From contig NC_068991.1 of NCBI RefSeq assembly GCF_001194135.2, forward strand, positions 53,446,848 through 53,495,678: a stretch of DNA of 48,831 nt, given 5' to 3'. Source of the stretch: Octopus bimaculoides. Its lineage: Eukaryota. The notes beneath the pieces were generated by a model that ran no database searches, was not told the origin of the DNA, and worked only from the letters and a program-made list of their open reading frames with translations. This document shows, one piece after another, positions 11,762 to 23,860 of the stretch. A program made the position numbers and the translations under genes. The first letter of the stretch is position 1. Each line of letters starts with the position of its first letter.

Positions 11762-12076
11762 TAATTGAAAAAATTGGAGCCAGCAGGAAGGGGTATGGTT
11801 GGACATTTATTGTTTAATCACTACAATTGTTTCCATGCTATGTAGTTCTCCAGGTGTGGGTACGTTGTGTAGAAACAATTGCAGCAATAAAAAAATGAAT
11901 GTCAAGTGTACCCCTTCTTGTTGACTCCAATTCTTTTCAATTATCAGTTCACGCACAACAGATGCCCAAACGCAAACCTATAAGTACATGTAATACTACT
12001 ACTGGATAGTACAGGGTAAATCTGAAAGAAGACAAGCTTTATACTGTACTATGTTCCTAACAGAATATACCATAAC

Positions 12077-12106
<30 letters not shown>

Positions 12107-12109
<3 letters not shown>

Positions 12110-12263
12110 CTGTAATAATATGTGACACTTATTCGGTAGCCATAATTAAAATTCCGAGTTTTGGATGCCGGGGTGGGAACCTACGCTAACATATCTTCAG
12201 TTATCTGGCCATTGAAAATTCCTGTTATGGCTACCGAATAAGTGTCACATATTTTTACAGATA
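12107..12263. repeat. Inverted-repeat cassette with 39-bp arms (MITE-like or Penelope pLTR-derived)
   Basis: TATCTGTAATAATATGTGACACTTATTCGGTAGCCATAA (12107-12145) pairs with 12225-12263 with one mismatch. Confidence 0.85.
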
Positions 12264-12327
12264 AATTCCTCTATTTACATAATATCGAGGTCTCTTTCTT
12301 TCTTTTGTTGTCCTTTTTATCTATCTA

Positions 12328-12360
<33 letters not shown>

Positions 12361-12362
<2 letters not shown>

Positions 12363-12580
12363 TCATCATCGTTTAATGTCCGCTTTCCATGCTGGCATGG
12401 GTTGGACGATTTGACTGAGGACTGGCGAACCAAATAGCTGCACCAGGCTACAATCTGATCTGGCAGAGTTTCTACAGCTGGATGCCCTTCCTAACGCCAA
12501 CCACTCCGAGAGTGTAGTGAGTGTTTTTACGTGCCACCGGCATGAGGGCCAGTCAGGCAGTACTGACAACAGCCACGCTC
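12361..12580 (-). mobile_element. SINE family C, near-consensus copy
   Basis: (CAT)n GTTTAATGTCCGCTTTCCATGCTGGCATGG...GGATGCCCTTCCTAACGCCAACC. Confidence 0.82.
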
Positions 12581-13149
12581 ATTAAAATGGTGATGATGTG
12601 ATGGAGGTTAGGCTGTACAAAATATCTACAATATGGTGTCAACAGAACATTGTAACGCCTAATGAGAAAATAAACATTACGAAAACAAAATACACAACAG
12701 AATGAAAAAAAAGATAATTTGAACATTTAAATGAACAATTAATAACTGAAGATATTCCAAATAGTCAAACAGGTAGTTTTTAAGAGAGCAATAGTAACAA
12801 CAGCAACAGTGGTGACATTTGCACTTTAAATCATTTGTATCATAGCTCTGTTGAAGCTAATCTTGCCTCAGTTTCAACACAAATATAAAAAATTGTATGG
12901 TTTGTAGAATTTTGTAAGACCAAGCAGTGTCTCTTTGCTACAGGAACTGACCTAAGAGAAAGAGTGAGTGAGAGAGAGAGAGAGAGGGAGTGGATAATTA
13001 GTTACCTTAATATTTTGACATGGATGTATTTTGTGAATAAAATTTTGATGATTCTATATAGAAAAAGAAGGTAATTTTGTTTTTAAATATTGATGCAACC
13101 AAAATATAACTGTCATTCTATCATTATTTTACTTTCTTTAATTAAACAG

Positions 13150-13208
13150 GTTGATGAACTCTTCACTGTCCCGGGTGTTGGAACTGTTGTGGGCGGCAAT
13201 TTAAAACG
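13150..13208 (+). CDS. GTPBP2: GTPBP2 coding exon 7 (start of beta-barrel domain II)
   Basis: CAG acceptor, 59 nt, VDELFTVPGVGTVVGGNLK+CG. GTTCGT donor inferred from phase 2 compatibility with the next exon. Confidence 0.9.
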
Positions 13209-13317
13209 GTTCGTATGGCACTATTAATATTTTCCTGTGTTGTATTAATGCATTGATTTTTTCTTTTACACTTGTTGAAAACGTTTTATGGGAATATTTC
13301 TGTTATATATTTAAAAT

Positions 13318-13530
13318 GGTGTGCTGGCAGAATTGTTAGCATGCTGAGGAGGATGCTTAGTGACATTTTGGCTGTCTTTATGCTCTGAGTTCAAATTCTG
13401 CTGAGATCAGCTTTGCCCTTTTATCTTTTTAGGGTTGATAAAATAAGTGCCAATTGAGCACTGGGGTCAATGTAATCGACTTACCCCTGCCCTGAAATTT
13501 CAGGCCTTGTGCCAAAATTTGAAATCAATA
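13318..13530 (+). mobile_element. SINE family B
   Basis: Family B head, GAGTTCAAATTC and central domain. Confidence 0.75.
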
Positions 13531-13784
13531 TTTCTGATATATATATATATATACATACATATATATATATATGCATACACACATGCATTTTTAATAATAG
13601 TTTGATTCAGCTCTGCATAACTTCAAGTTTTATGGGCATACAGGGTATGTCTGCCTCAGCAGATACTTGGAGCAGAATGGGAGCAGGTGAGTTACGCTGT
13701 TATTAAATATATGTAACTTCTACCAGATGTGCTGAGTGCAACTTTCTTTCATTTGTTTACTCATTCAGCATCACAATTATCATT

Positions 13785-13990
13785 TAATGTTCATGTTCCA
13801 TGCTGGCATGGGTTGGATGGTTTGACAGTGTTCAAGGACTGCATCATGCTCCAATGTCAGTTTTGGTATGGTTTCTATGGCTGGTTGCCCTTCCTTATGC
13901 CAACTTCTTTAGAGCATGGACTGGGTGCATGTTTTGTGCCACCTGCATTATTGAGGTTGCCATGCAGCTTGCAGGACTACAAATCCTGAG
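13785..13990 (-). mobile_element. SINE family C, decayed
   Basis: CCATGCTGGCATGGGTTGG...CCTTCCTTATGCCAAC. Confidence 0.65.
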
Positions 13991-14559
13991 ATGATGGTGG
14001 TGTCAACTTCATGATAGGGGACATGGGGATTAAGATGTGAAAGGANNNNNNNNNNNNNNNNNNNNNNNNNNNNNNNNNNNNNNNNNNNGGGGGGGGGCTA
14101 GAGCAGGTTCTTGTAGTGGAATCTGCCTAGTTACATCTAGTCGAGGAAAGAGGGAGAGGGAAAGAGAAAATGATCAGTAGGAGCTGCAAGAGATAGATAA
14201 TGGTGATGAGGTGCTCAGGTGGCCCCCATAAAGGTACAAGTGGCTGGGTAGTTTACAAGATTGTAGAGGTAGGAGAATGAGAGGATAAAGGCAGACTGCC
14301 AAAATGGGTCGAGCTGGAGGGTGGATAAACAAGAACAATGAGCTAGGGAAGATAGAAGGATGTAGAAGAGAGAGTTGTGGGGGTTAGTGGCAGGAATAGT
14401 AGGATGATGCAGTTGTTGGGGTGGGGATGAACAAGAAGGGGAGATGACATGGTTGGTGTGTCTGTAGGAGCCTTGTGGGGGAGGTGCAGGTATAATGTTT
14501 GATAGGGGAAGGAGAGTGATTGTAATATGGGTAGAGAGCATGAAACATAGCACTTCCAC

Positions 14560-14950
14560 AACTCAGTTTTGGTGAGGAAGATGAGTTTTTTTTTTGAGTA
14601 CATCATATTGCCAGAGATCCCAGTTCTTAGTCATCTCTTTTGTCGGGCTCAGAGTTCTGAGGTCAGCCTTCACAACTTCATCCCATGTCTTCCTGGCTTT
14701 CCCTCATCCATACCAGTGCAGTCTTCTTTCTTGTACCCGGCACCTGATTCTACCTATTTCCAGGTTTCCACTCAGCACCTTTGTGCTAAATTCTTTCACA
14801 TAGACTTACATTGCATGTCCAATGAAGCATCCTCTCTTCACTTCTTTCCAATCTTCTCAAGTTCTCGGCAGTCAAGGCCCATGTATTACTACCATGAAGC
14901 ATCACAGTTCTAATACAAGTGTCTTACAATCTGCCCTTCACTCTGAGGGA
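14560..14950 (-). pseudogene. RTE-clade LINE ORF C-terminal fragment
   Basis: Minus-strand translation with frameshifts: LRVKGRL..TCIRTVMLHGSNTWALTAENLRRLERSEERMLHW...ERRLHWYG...WDEVVKADL. Confidence 0.8.
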
Positions 14951-15086
14951 ATAGATCTTTGTTGCCAACAGCAGATGTTAAATAAGATATTTTTATTAAA
15001 TAGTTAATTAAAAAAAAACTTTTTTAATTATTGTGACCGTATCAAGTAATTTTTGCAAAAGCTTTTAAATATGTGTGTGTGTGAGT

Positions 15087-15127
<41 letters not shown>

Positions 15128-15214
15128 TGAGTGTCTGCTTACCTTCCGTTTTAGGTGTTCAGGTAAAAAAAAAATGTACATTGAGTTATGTCCCTTGAAT
15201 AAGTTTGTATATAG

Positions 15215-15467
15215 CAGTGATTCTCGACCATTTTTTTGCCTATGGACCCTTTTGATTCCTCTTTTTCTCTACTAGCCCCTCCCTTGCACCTCAAAAAAAA
15301 AAAATCCTATTATATTTTTATAGTTAGATATTATTGGGAAGTGTATAAAATAAGTTGTTAAATATTTTGTTTTGCAGATATATAACCAATTTATTGCTCA
15401 TAAATTTTAACAACAAAATTTCATATGGATCCCTAAGGGTCAGATGAATATCGGTTGAGAACCACTG
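15215..15467. mobile_element. hAT/Charlie-type MITE
   Basis: CAGTGATTCTCGACC...GGTTGAGAACCACTG TIRs. Flanks GTATATAG and GTTTATAT (6/8 TSD). Confidence 0.8.
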
Positions 15468-15934
15468 GTTTATATCTATACGTGACCACATTAATATGCA
15501 TGTATATATGTGTCTACATGCATATATATACATGCACACACGTGTGTGTGTGAATGTACATTTTTGCATGAATAATATAAAGACTGGAAGTCATATTGCA
15601 ATATTTCACAGATCACACTATCATCCCTGTACCCATAACAAATCAGAAGTATATATAATAATGCCCAAGTGACATACACTGATCATGATATGGGGTTTAT
15701 CCATAATTTATACTGGTGCTACTTTGGCATGTAATCTACAATTTTAAGGGTGATTACTTTAGATTTTTACTTTATGTTGCAAAACTTGCAGTTGCCAAAC
15801 TTGTGTGATCTATGCACTCATTCTAATTATTATATTGTTAATTCTTGGTTTCTTATTGTTATTTACTAAGACATAAATGAAATATGGTTTTATTATTAAA
15901 ATAGTAAGAATTTTGAAAAAATACATTGACACAG

Positions 15935-16100
15935 GCACAGGAGTGGCTGTGTTGTAAGTAGCTTGCTTACCAGCCACATGGTTCCGGGTTCATTCCCACT
16001 GCGTGGCACCTTGGGCAAGTGTCTTCTACTATAGCCTTGGGCCAACCAAAACCTTGTGAGTGGATTTGGTAGACAGAAACTGAAAGAAGCCCGTCGTATA

Positions 16101-16143
<43 letters not shown>

Positions 16144-16220
16144 CTGTGTTTGTCCCCCCAACATTGCTTGACAACCAATGCTGGTGTGTTTACATCCCCG
16201 TATCTTAGCGGTTCGGCTTA
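15935..16220 (+). mobile_element. SINE family A, 3' truncated
   Basis: High identity to 504-790. Confidence 0.85.
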
Positions 16221-16411
16221 AATGTTAAATGAGTTTACTCACTTCACAGGATTCCTCAAGAGTGATTATGAGAGTAGTTTGGAGATAGCTGACTGTGAAA
16301 ATGATTAATTTGTCTTAGATTCACTATCAAAAGATAAATGGTGCTAATATAACCTAATAAATAAAACCACTAGCATCTTATATTGAGAGTTGTTTTATTA
16401 TTTTTTTAAAG

Positions 16412-16583
16412 TGGCTCTATCCGGGAAGGTGACTCTCTCATGCTTGGACCTATGTCAGATGGAGAATTTCATCATGTTACTGTGAAAACAGTTCATCGAA
16501 ATCGTCTTCCTTGTCGCTTAATTCAAGCTGGACAGTCAGCTACTGTGGCTCTGTATAATATTGAACGTGAATCTCTTCGCAAG
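16412..16583 (+). CDS. GTPBP2: GTPBP2 coding exon 8
   Basis: AAG acceptor after a T tract, GTTTGT donor, 172 nt. (R)GSIREGDSLMLGPMSDGEFHHVTVKTVHRNRLPCRLIQAGQSATVAL...SLRK. Confidence 0.92.
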
Positions 16584-16727
16584 GTTTGTAACATATTGCA
16601 ACCCATTCGTAATTTGTTTTGTATTTTTAATTCTCTCTCTCTTCTCTTCTCTCTCTCTTTTTTCTCTCTCTCTTTTCTCTCTCTCTATGTCCTCTATGTT
16701 TTCTTCTTCACTCCTCTTCTTTTTTAC

Positions 16728-16770
<43 letters not shown>

Positions 16771-16772
<2 letters not shown>

Positions 16773-17800
16773 TTCTAAGTGATTTCATTCTCAAAATTCT
16801 TGGGTGACCAATATGAAATTCTTTTGATAAATGCTTTTGTTGTGAGGCTGGCACTATGACTCTTTGTGCATATATCAACACATTGTCACACAATGAGGAA
16901 TGGTTCACATTTGTGTTGTGCATATTTTTATCTTCTTTGGCCTTCAGTATTTCTTTCATTTTTATAATGAGTTTATCATTCTCCAACTTTGATTTTATGT
17001 CTGGTCACGTAACTGGCAGTTCCTAAATGACGTTACACAAAACATTTTAAGTTTCATTTTGTGCTTGCAAAGCAGCAATCACAGTATCTTCAAATGGTTC
17101 CACATTTTTTGAAAACAGTCTTGATAGACAATCAGCATGGCCTAATTTCTTGGATGGTATATACTCCATCTTGAAATCATAGTTTTATAATATCATAGCC
17201 CAGCATTGTAACCTATTAGCAATATAAGTAGGAATTCCTTTTTTCGACCCAAATATTGATAATGGTCGGTGATTAGTCTGTAGCCAAAAATGTCTACCAT
17301 TCAAAAATCTGTGAAAGTTTTCCATGGCAAAAATGATTGCTAGAGGTTCTTTTTCAATTTGACTATAATTTTTCTCTGCTGATATCAGAAAATGTGAGGC
17401 ATGAACTACCTACCACCTTCATGTTACCATCTTTATATTTATGTAACATTACTGCTCCTGAAGCTAAAACAATCTCTGCAGCAGGATCGAAGTGAGCTAA
17501 CATCAAATCAGATATTAATATTTTTTAAATTTCATCAAATGCCTTTTGGTAATTTTCTGACCAATTCCATTTCATATAGTTTTTCAGCAAATTATTCAGT
17601 GGAGCCCTAACCTTATACATATTTGGGATATAATTTTGGTAATAATTTGCCAGTCCTAAAAATGCTTGTAAAGTCACTGTATTAGTTGGAAGAGGCATAT
17701 TTTAATTGTGTCTGCCCTTGACAGGTCAGGTTGTCATCTGTTTCTGTCAATAATTTGTCCTAAATATCTAACATAATTTGAATTATACCCATATTTATGT
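16771..17800 (-). pseudogene. Ty3/Gypsy pol fragment (RT end, RNase H, integrase Zn domain)
   Basis: Minus strand with stops: YLGQIID, FLGLANYY, AEKNYSQIEKEPLAIIFA, HRPL..IFGSKKGIP, HADCLSRL, RVIVPASQQKHLSKEFHIGHPRILRMKSL. Confidence 0.9.
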
Positions 17801-18013
17801 GGTATTCAACTGATGTACTAGTGAATTGGATGTTTTACCCACCCCTTTGAAGGAATTTTTATACCCTCCACCATTCTACTCTTGCTCATGATCAGCAATA
17901 CACATATTGTCAGTCTCAAAGGGATGTACTCAATTGGTTAATGTCAAACAGTTGAAAAATATATCTGTGGTATTGAGCAGAGTATTTGCTATAACAATAT
18001 TTCTGCTTCAGAA

Positions 18014-18215
18014 AGTGGCGAGCTGGCAGAAACATTAAAATGCCTAGTGGTATTTCGTCTGTCTTTACGTTCTGAGTTCAAATTCTGCTGAGGTCAACTT
18101 TGACTTTCATCCTTTCGGGATCAATAAATTAAGTACCAGTTGCTTACTGGGGTCAATCTAATCAATTGGCCCCATCCCCCCAAATTTTGGGCCTTGTACC
18201 TAGAGTAGAAAATAA
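18014..18215 (+). mobile_element. SINE family B
   Basis: GGCGAGCTGGCAGAAAC head, B-box and central domain. Confidence 0.8.
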
Positions 18216-18859
18216 TATTTCTGCTTGAGCAACTCGACACTGAATCTGTCTGAAATGTAATGAAAAATAGTTCAGTTTCAAAACATTGACATCCAGGTCA
18301 CAAAAGCAAAGTTTAAAGGGAAGAGTAGTTATTTCTTTTGATTTCTAGATAGAAGCAAATGAATAAATAAATAAATAAATAATTTTTATTATACAGTGTT
18401 ATCACTTCAAGTTTTCCTCTAACATATTTTTATTGTCAACTCTGTTCTAATACTTTACAAAAACATGATTTTTATGGTAATCTTCATTTCTTACTCTTCC
18501 CCCTTCATTCCCACCCTCATACACAATATGAATATTGAAACATCAGCATTTTTTCACTCAAATTCCAGGGGACTTCTGAACTCTTATAACAATAAAAGCT
18601 ATAAATTCCAATGTATTTCACCAGTTGTTCCAAATATTTCTGAGGTATTTGTTTGTATGTTGACCGAATTCTGACCTATATTCTTTCGTATTTGACCACT
18701 ACTGAACTCTGTTTTCTTAAACAGAATGAAAACTTCAAGAAAAAAGTTAATGTTAGTGACATGTGGTTGATCAGCTTTAAAACAATGCCTCACTAATTTG
18801 TAGACAAACTACACTGGTTGCCAAGTGGTGGTGGTGGACAAACACAAAGACGTAGCTGT

Positions 18860-19265
18860 GGGATAAGAAGTTTGCTTCCCAGCCACATAGTTCTGGGTTC
18901 AGTTCCATTGTGTGGCACCTTGGGCAAGTGTCTTTTACTAAAACCTTGGGCCAACCAAAACGTTGCGAGTAGATTTGCTAGACAGAAACTGAAAGAAGCC
19001 CATTGTGTGTGTGTGTGTGTGCATGTGTGTGTGTATATGTTTGTATGTGTGTGTGTCTGTGTCTATCACCACTGCTTGACAACCGGTGTTGGTGTGTTTT
19101 TGCCTCCATAACTTAGCAATTTGGCAAATGAGACAGATAGAATAAATACCAGACTTAACAAAAATTAAACAGTATAATAAGTACTGGTGTTAATTCATTC
19201 AACTAAAATTCTTAAAGCAGTGATGCCCCAGCATGGCTGCAGTCCAATGACTGAGACAAGTAAAA
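18860..19265 (+). mobile_element. SINE family A
   Basis: Family A body with internal (TG)n. A short antisense family A head follows at about 19290-19415. Confidence 0.78.
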
Positions 19266-19602
19266 AAGTTACACCAGACTTCCACACATTTTCTGTCTAC
19301 CAAATTTACTCACAAGGCATTTGGTTTTGGCTTTAGAAGAAAAAGACACTTGCCTAAGGTGTCACTGAACCTGAAACCACATGGCTGCAAAGCAAACTTG
19401 TTAACCACACAGCCATGTCTGTACATTCTTTCATACATATGAATGTGAATATGCACCTTCACAACTCTGTACATATCCATGTGTTTGTTTTTACATGGAG
19501 TTGTATGTAACAAACTAGAAAATACTAATATTTTCCTTGGAAAAGCAGTTTGCTGGTTTCATTATACTTTTTTAATAAGCAATATTTTTTTTTCTTTTAC
19601 AG

Positions 19603-19764
19603 GGAATGGTTTTAGTGAGCCCAGAATCATCTCCTTTTGCTTGTATCGAATTTGATGCAAATATCTATGTTTTATTTCATGCTAAACACATATCGACTGG
19701 CTTCCAAACAACAATACATGTTGGTAATGTCAGGCAAACGGTGAAAATTGTCAGAATGGATAAA
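19603..19764 (+). CDS. GTPBP2: GTPBP2 coding exon 9 (domain III)
   Basis: CAG/GTAAGT, 162 nt. GMVLVSPESSPFACIEFDANIYVLFHAKHISTGFQTTIHVGNVRQTVKIVRMDK. Confidence 0.95.
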
Positions 19765-20059
19765 GTAAGTTAACATTAAATAACATCTTAGACATGAATG
19801 GAATTTACTCAGTTTATAAGGTGCTGCACTACTGATCAAAGAGTTTTTTTACTCTGTTATTATGATTGCTATGAGGTTTTAGCCAAAACATTTTAAATTT
19901 CAGTGGTCCTGTACATGTAACTGTGATTAGGTTGGTGCAGCAAGTAGTTGTGACTCTGTAAAATTGATATTTCATTGGCTCTTGGTGCTCAGCTCAACAT
20001 TTTCCATGGATAAAGCTTGGAGAGGGAATGGATTTTGATGCTGGGTTTCTGCAGATACT

Positions 20060-20370
20060 GGCATTCTTTCAGTTACGACAAGTATTTCAGTTGATTTGAT
20101 CAACAGAATAGCCTGCTCATGAAATTAACATGCAAGTGGCTGAACACTCCACAGACACACATACCTTTAAGATAATCCTCAAGGAGATTCAGCATGACAC
20201 AGAATGTGACAAGGCTGGCCCTTTTGAAATACAAATGACTACTCATTTTTGCTAGCTGAGTGGACTGGAGCCACATGAAATAAAATGTTTTGCTCAAGGA
20301 CACGATATGCTGCTAGGAATCAAACTGAAAACCTTACGATTGCAAGCCAAATACCCTAACCACTAAGCCA
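20060..20370 (-). mobile_element. SINE family D
   Basis: Paralogous to 9380-9704. Confidence 0.78.
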
Positions 20371-21259
20371 TGTGCCTTTCTGCAGATACCTAGATACCTA
20401 GATACAAAACCTTCAAGATACCAAATCTAATCCATTAGCGATTCCTCATACTTGAATAAGTGTGATTCCTGTAGAGTTTGAGTGAGTTCTTGCTAAATTA
20501 TTTTATTTCCTTTGTGCCTCCACTTTATGGCTGTACTCAGTTATTAGAAGCACCATGATGACAGACTTTTTAGTAAAGACTTAACAACTCATTGAGGGCT
20601 GTGTGGCATTATTTGTAATTACATGAAGGCAGTGAACTACAGTGGAAAATGATTTGTTGTGTTTGCTCCAACTCATTATATTCTGAGTTCAACTTTCATC
20701 AAGATCAACTTTGCCCTTCATCCTGTTAGAGTTAATAAAATATATATCAGTTAGGTACTGGTATGATGCAATTGACTTGCCCCTTCCCCTCAAAATTTCT
20801 GGCTTTTTGCCACATTTTGAAAGCTTTATTTATAGAATACTGTTAACTTATATTATCTTTAGTTTAAATGTGCATAATTTAGTAGAGCTTTTCTTTTTTT
20901 TTTTTTAATCAAAAGACTCCAGAGCTAATCACAAACCTGTTTTTCAAATATTGCTTGACCAAATAATGCAGATACACTTGAATATCTATAGAATTTCTTC
21001 AAATTCAACTGATAGAATTTTGGATTCTGTTTATCTTGTATCTTTTATATATTGGCAAACTTAGTGACATTTGTCTCTTAGGATTTCTCTCAGTTGTCAA
21101 TCAGGTGCTTAACCTTTAAGCATTTGAACTGGCCAGATTTTCAGCTTGTCACCTTAGTAATTGAAAATATTTGCATCTCTAACATGCTATTTGTGTTTTG
21201 ACATCAGTTTCCTTAACTTTCTATATTTTTTACACCTCTTTTTTCTCTGTTTTATCCAG

Positions 21260-21424
21260 GAAGCTATTAAGACGAATGAAAAAGCTCAAGTGACATTTCA
21301 TCTGATAAAACAACCAGAATATATTCGAATAGGTGCTCAACTTCTTTTTCGAGAAGGTCAAACGAAAGGAATGGGTGAAGTAATAACTGTTTATCCATTC
21401 AATGAGAAAACTCCCCACAGATGA
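21260..21424 (+). CDS. GTPBP2: GTPBP2 terminal coding exon with stop
   Basis: CAG acceptor. EAIKTNEKAQVTFHLIKQPEYIRIGAQLLFREGQTKGMGEVITVYPFNEKTPHR*, TGA at 21422-21424. Confidence 0.95.
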   Translation, partial: EAIKTNEKAQVTFHLIKQPEYIRIGAQLLFREGQTKGMGEVITVYPFNEKTPHR

Positions 21425-22196
21425 ACAAAAAAAAAAAAAACAAAAAAAACAACTAATCTATTAATTTCTTTCTCCATGCTTATTTATTTCATAACAATGC
21501 ATATTGTGATTATTGTTTGAATCTACAGTTGTAAAAAATTACAAAAAGCAAAACAAAACAAAACAAACAATCTATCTGAAAGTTATTACATTTAAACTAA
21601 TAACTTTCAAATATAAGTACTGTTTATTGATGCTTGAAACAGGCACGCATTATTTAAAAACAATTTGTCCATGTTATATTAAATTTTTATTATGAATTTA
21701 TTTAATTACATTGCATCATATTATGTATTTGTCTGATAAAATTTTGTATATATAATTTATCAGAAGTAGTAGCTTTTCTTCAATATCATCTCATCTCATA
21801 TTTTAGTAGTTGTTTAGAAGATAGATGCATTGTCTTTCTTGGAGTCTATCTTAGAATTTAAAACTTCCTCAAAAGTTTATTTTATAGTCCTGAAAATGGA
21901 AGTTCAATCACTTTGATACAGTTAGCTTTTTATGATCAACCACTAGTTATATCTAGTAAGTATAAGATAAATTTTGGAGGTACATATGTTAATCAGAGGC
22001 TATTAAACTTGAAAATGGTTCATCATCATCATTTTACCACTCACTTTTCCATTTTTGCATGGGTTGGACAGAGTTTGCTGAGGTAGATTTTCTATGGCCA
22101 GATGCTTTTCATGTCACTAAACCTCACCAGTTTCCAAGTAAGGTGAGGAAAATTACAGAAGAAGATAAATAAATAATTGAAGGTGAAAATAATAAA
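21425..22196 (+). promoter_or_regulatory. Probable GTPBP2 3' UTR with candidate poly(A) signals
   Basis: AU-rich and free of recognisable repeats to about 22020. ATTAAA 21678, AATAAA 22168 and 22191. The signal actually used is unknown. Confidence 0.4.
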
Positions 22197-22701
22197 TTAA
22201 TAATTATTGGTATTAGTAGAATAATTTCTACATCAAAGATCAAAAAAATTACTGCTAATAGAAAAAATCATATAGAAAAAATCATATAGAAAAAGGAGAT
22301 CATTTCCTTATGGCCAGGCATGGTTTCATGGAAGATTGGAAAGGACTCTGCTTGCATGACAATGATACTTGTTTGTAACTGTCCCATGATGTCAAGACAA
22401 AAGCACAGTAACACACACACCCACACACATACTAATACATAGATACACACAGACACACACATACACCCATACACCCATAAACTGATGCACACATACACAT
22501 ACACACATACACCCATACACTGATGCACACATACATACACACATGCATACACTCACTTCCTCACCCACACACATAGAATCTGTTGTCTCTCAGGGATGGA
22601 GTTGTCAACATTTCTGATGATAAGAAGCTGTGAGTCTTATGTTTCATTTACTTATTTATTATGCAAGATGTTGTTTGGGACACACAGACACCCACACAAA
22701 C

Positions 22702-22740
<39 letters not shown>

Positions 22741-22779
22741 CACGGACACGCACATACACACACACACCATCAGTTTCCA

Positions 22780-22920
22780 TTTACCAAATCCAATCACAAG
22801 CTATAGTAGAAGGCACAAGCTATAGTAGAAGACACTTGCCCAAGGTGCCACATAGTGGAATTGAGCCCAGAAGCATGTGGTTGGGAAGTGAATTTCTTAC
22901 CATGCAGCCACACCCATGCC
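22780..22920 (-). mobile_element. SINE family A 5' part
   Basis: GAAGACACTTGCCCAAGGTGCC...CAGCCAC. Contains a local duplication of CAAGCTATAGTAGAAG. Confidence 0.7.
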
Positions 22921-23144
22921 TATAGATATTTTTGCACAAAATGTTGTACTGATGTAGCTGTGTGTCATGAAGTTTGATTTATAAACCTGCAGCTTTGTGT
23001 TCCACCCCTTTAGGTAGCACCTTACACAAGTGTCTCCCACTGTAGCTTTTGACTGCCCAATGCTTTGCGACATGATTATATTTAAATGACTTAAAGTAGA
23101 ATTGCAAATCATGTAACTTGTTTTCTTCTGAAAGCAGACTTCTT

Positions 23145-23145
23145 G

Positions 23146-23193
<48 letters not shown>

Positions 23194-23194
23194 A

Positions 23195-23246
<52 letters not shown>

Positions 23247-23312
23247 TTCATCATCATCATCATCATCATCAACATCATCATCATCATCATCATCATCATC
23301 AACATCATCATC
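23145..23312. repeat. Long (CAT)n microsatellite (expanded SINE C tail)
   Basis: About 55 CAT units, followed by an antisense family C body. Confidence 0.95.
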
Positions 23313-23529
23313 ACATTCCTATGCTTACATGGGTTGGATGGAATCTGTTGATGCGGATTTTCTACAGCCAGATGCCTTATTGCAAATTCTTACGTGTTTC
23401 CAAGTAAGATGATATTTCTTCCTGACCAGACATGTCTCAAAAGATTGGAAACAAAGGACACTGCTTGCCTGGCAGGGACATTTGCTGGCAAATATCATGA
23501 GATGTCCAAGCAAGGAGAGAGTAACACAT

Positions 23530-23569
<40 letters not shown>

Positions 23570-23860
23570 ACACACGTATGCACACACACTCACAAACATG
23601 CACACATGCAAACATACATACAACATCAGCATCAGCATCATTTACCATCCATGTCCCATGCTGGCATGGACCAGACGGTTCAACAAGAAGACAGTGAATC
23701 AAGGACTGTGTCAATGACATAGTGTGTCATGCTCTGGTGTCTGCTTTCGCATGGTTTCTATGGCTGGATACCCTTCTTAATGCCAACTACTTTACAGTGT
23801 GCACTGAGTGCTTTTTATGTGCCACTGGCACTATTTGAGGTCACCATGTAACTTGCAAGT
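23313..23860 (-). mobile_element. Two decayed SINE family C copies separated by (CA)n
   Basis: Family C motifs at about 23320-23420 and 23640-23830. Confidence 0.6.

Noticed and set aside
1018-21424. GTPBP1 or EF-Tu/eEF1A identity
   Set aside because: RFEHLVTQMKWRLQEG, RKVPDDQQ and LFREGxTKG segments follow GTPBP2 colinearly.
22979-23722. Poly-Met/Ile/Ser and His-Thr ORFs
   Set aside because: (CAT)n and (CA)n microsatellite translations.
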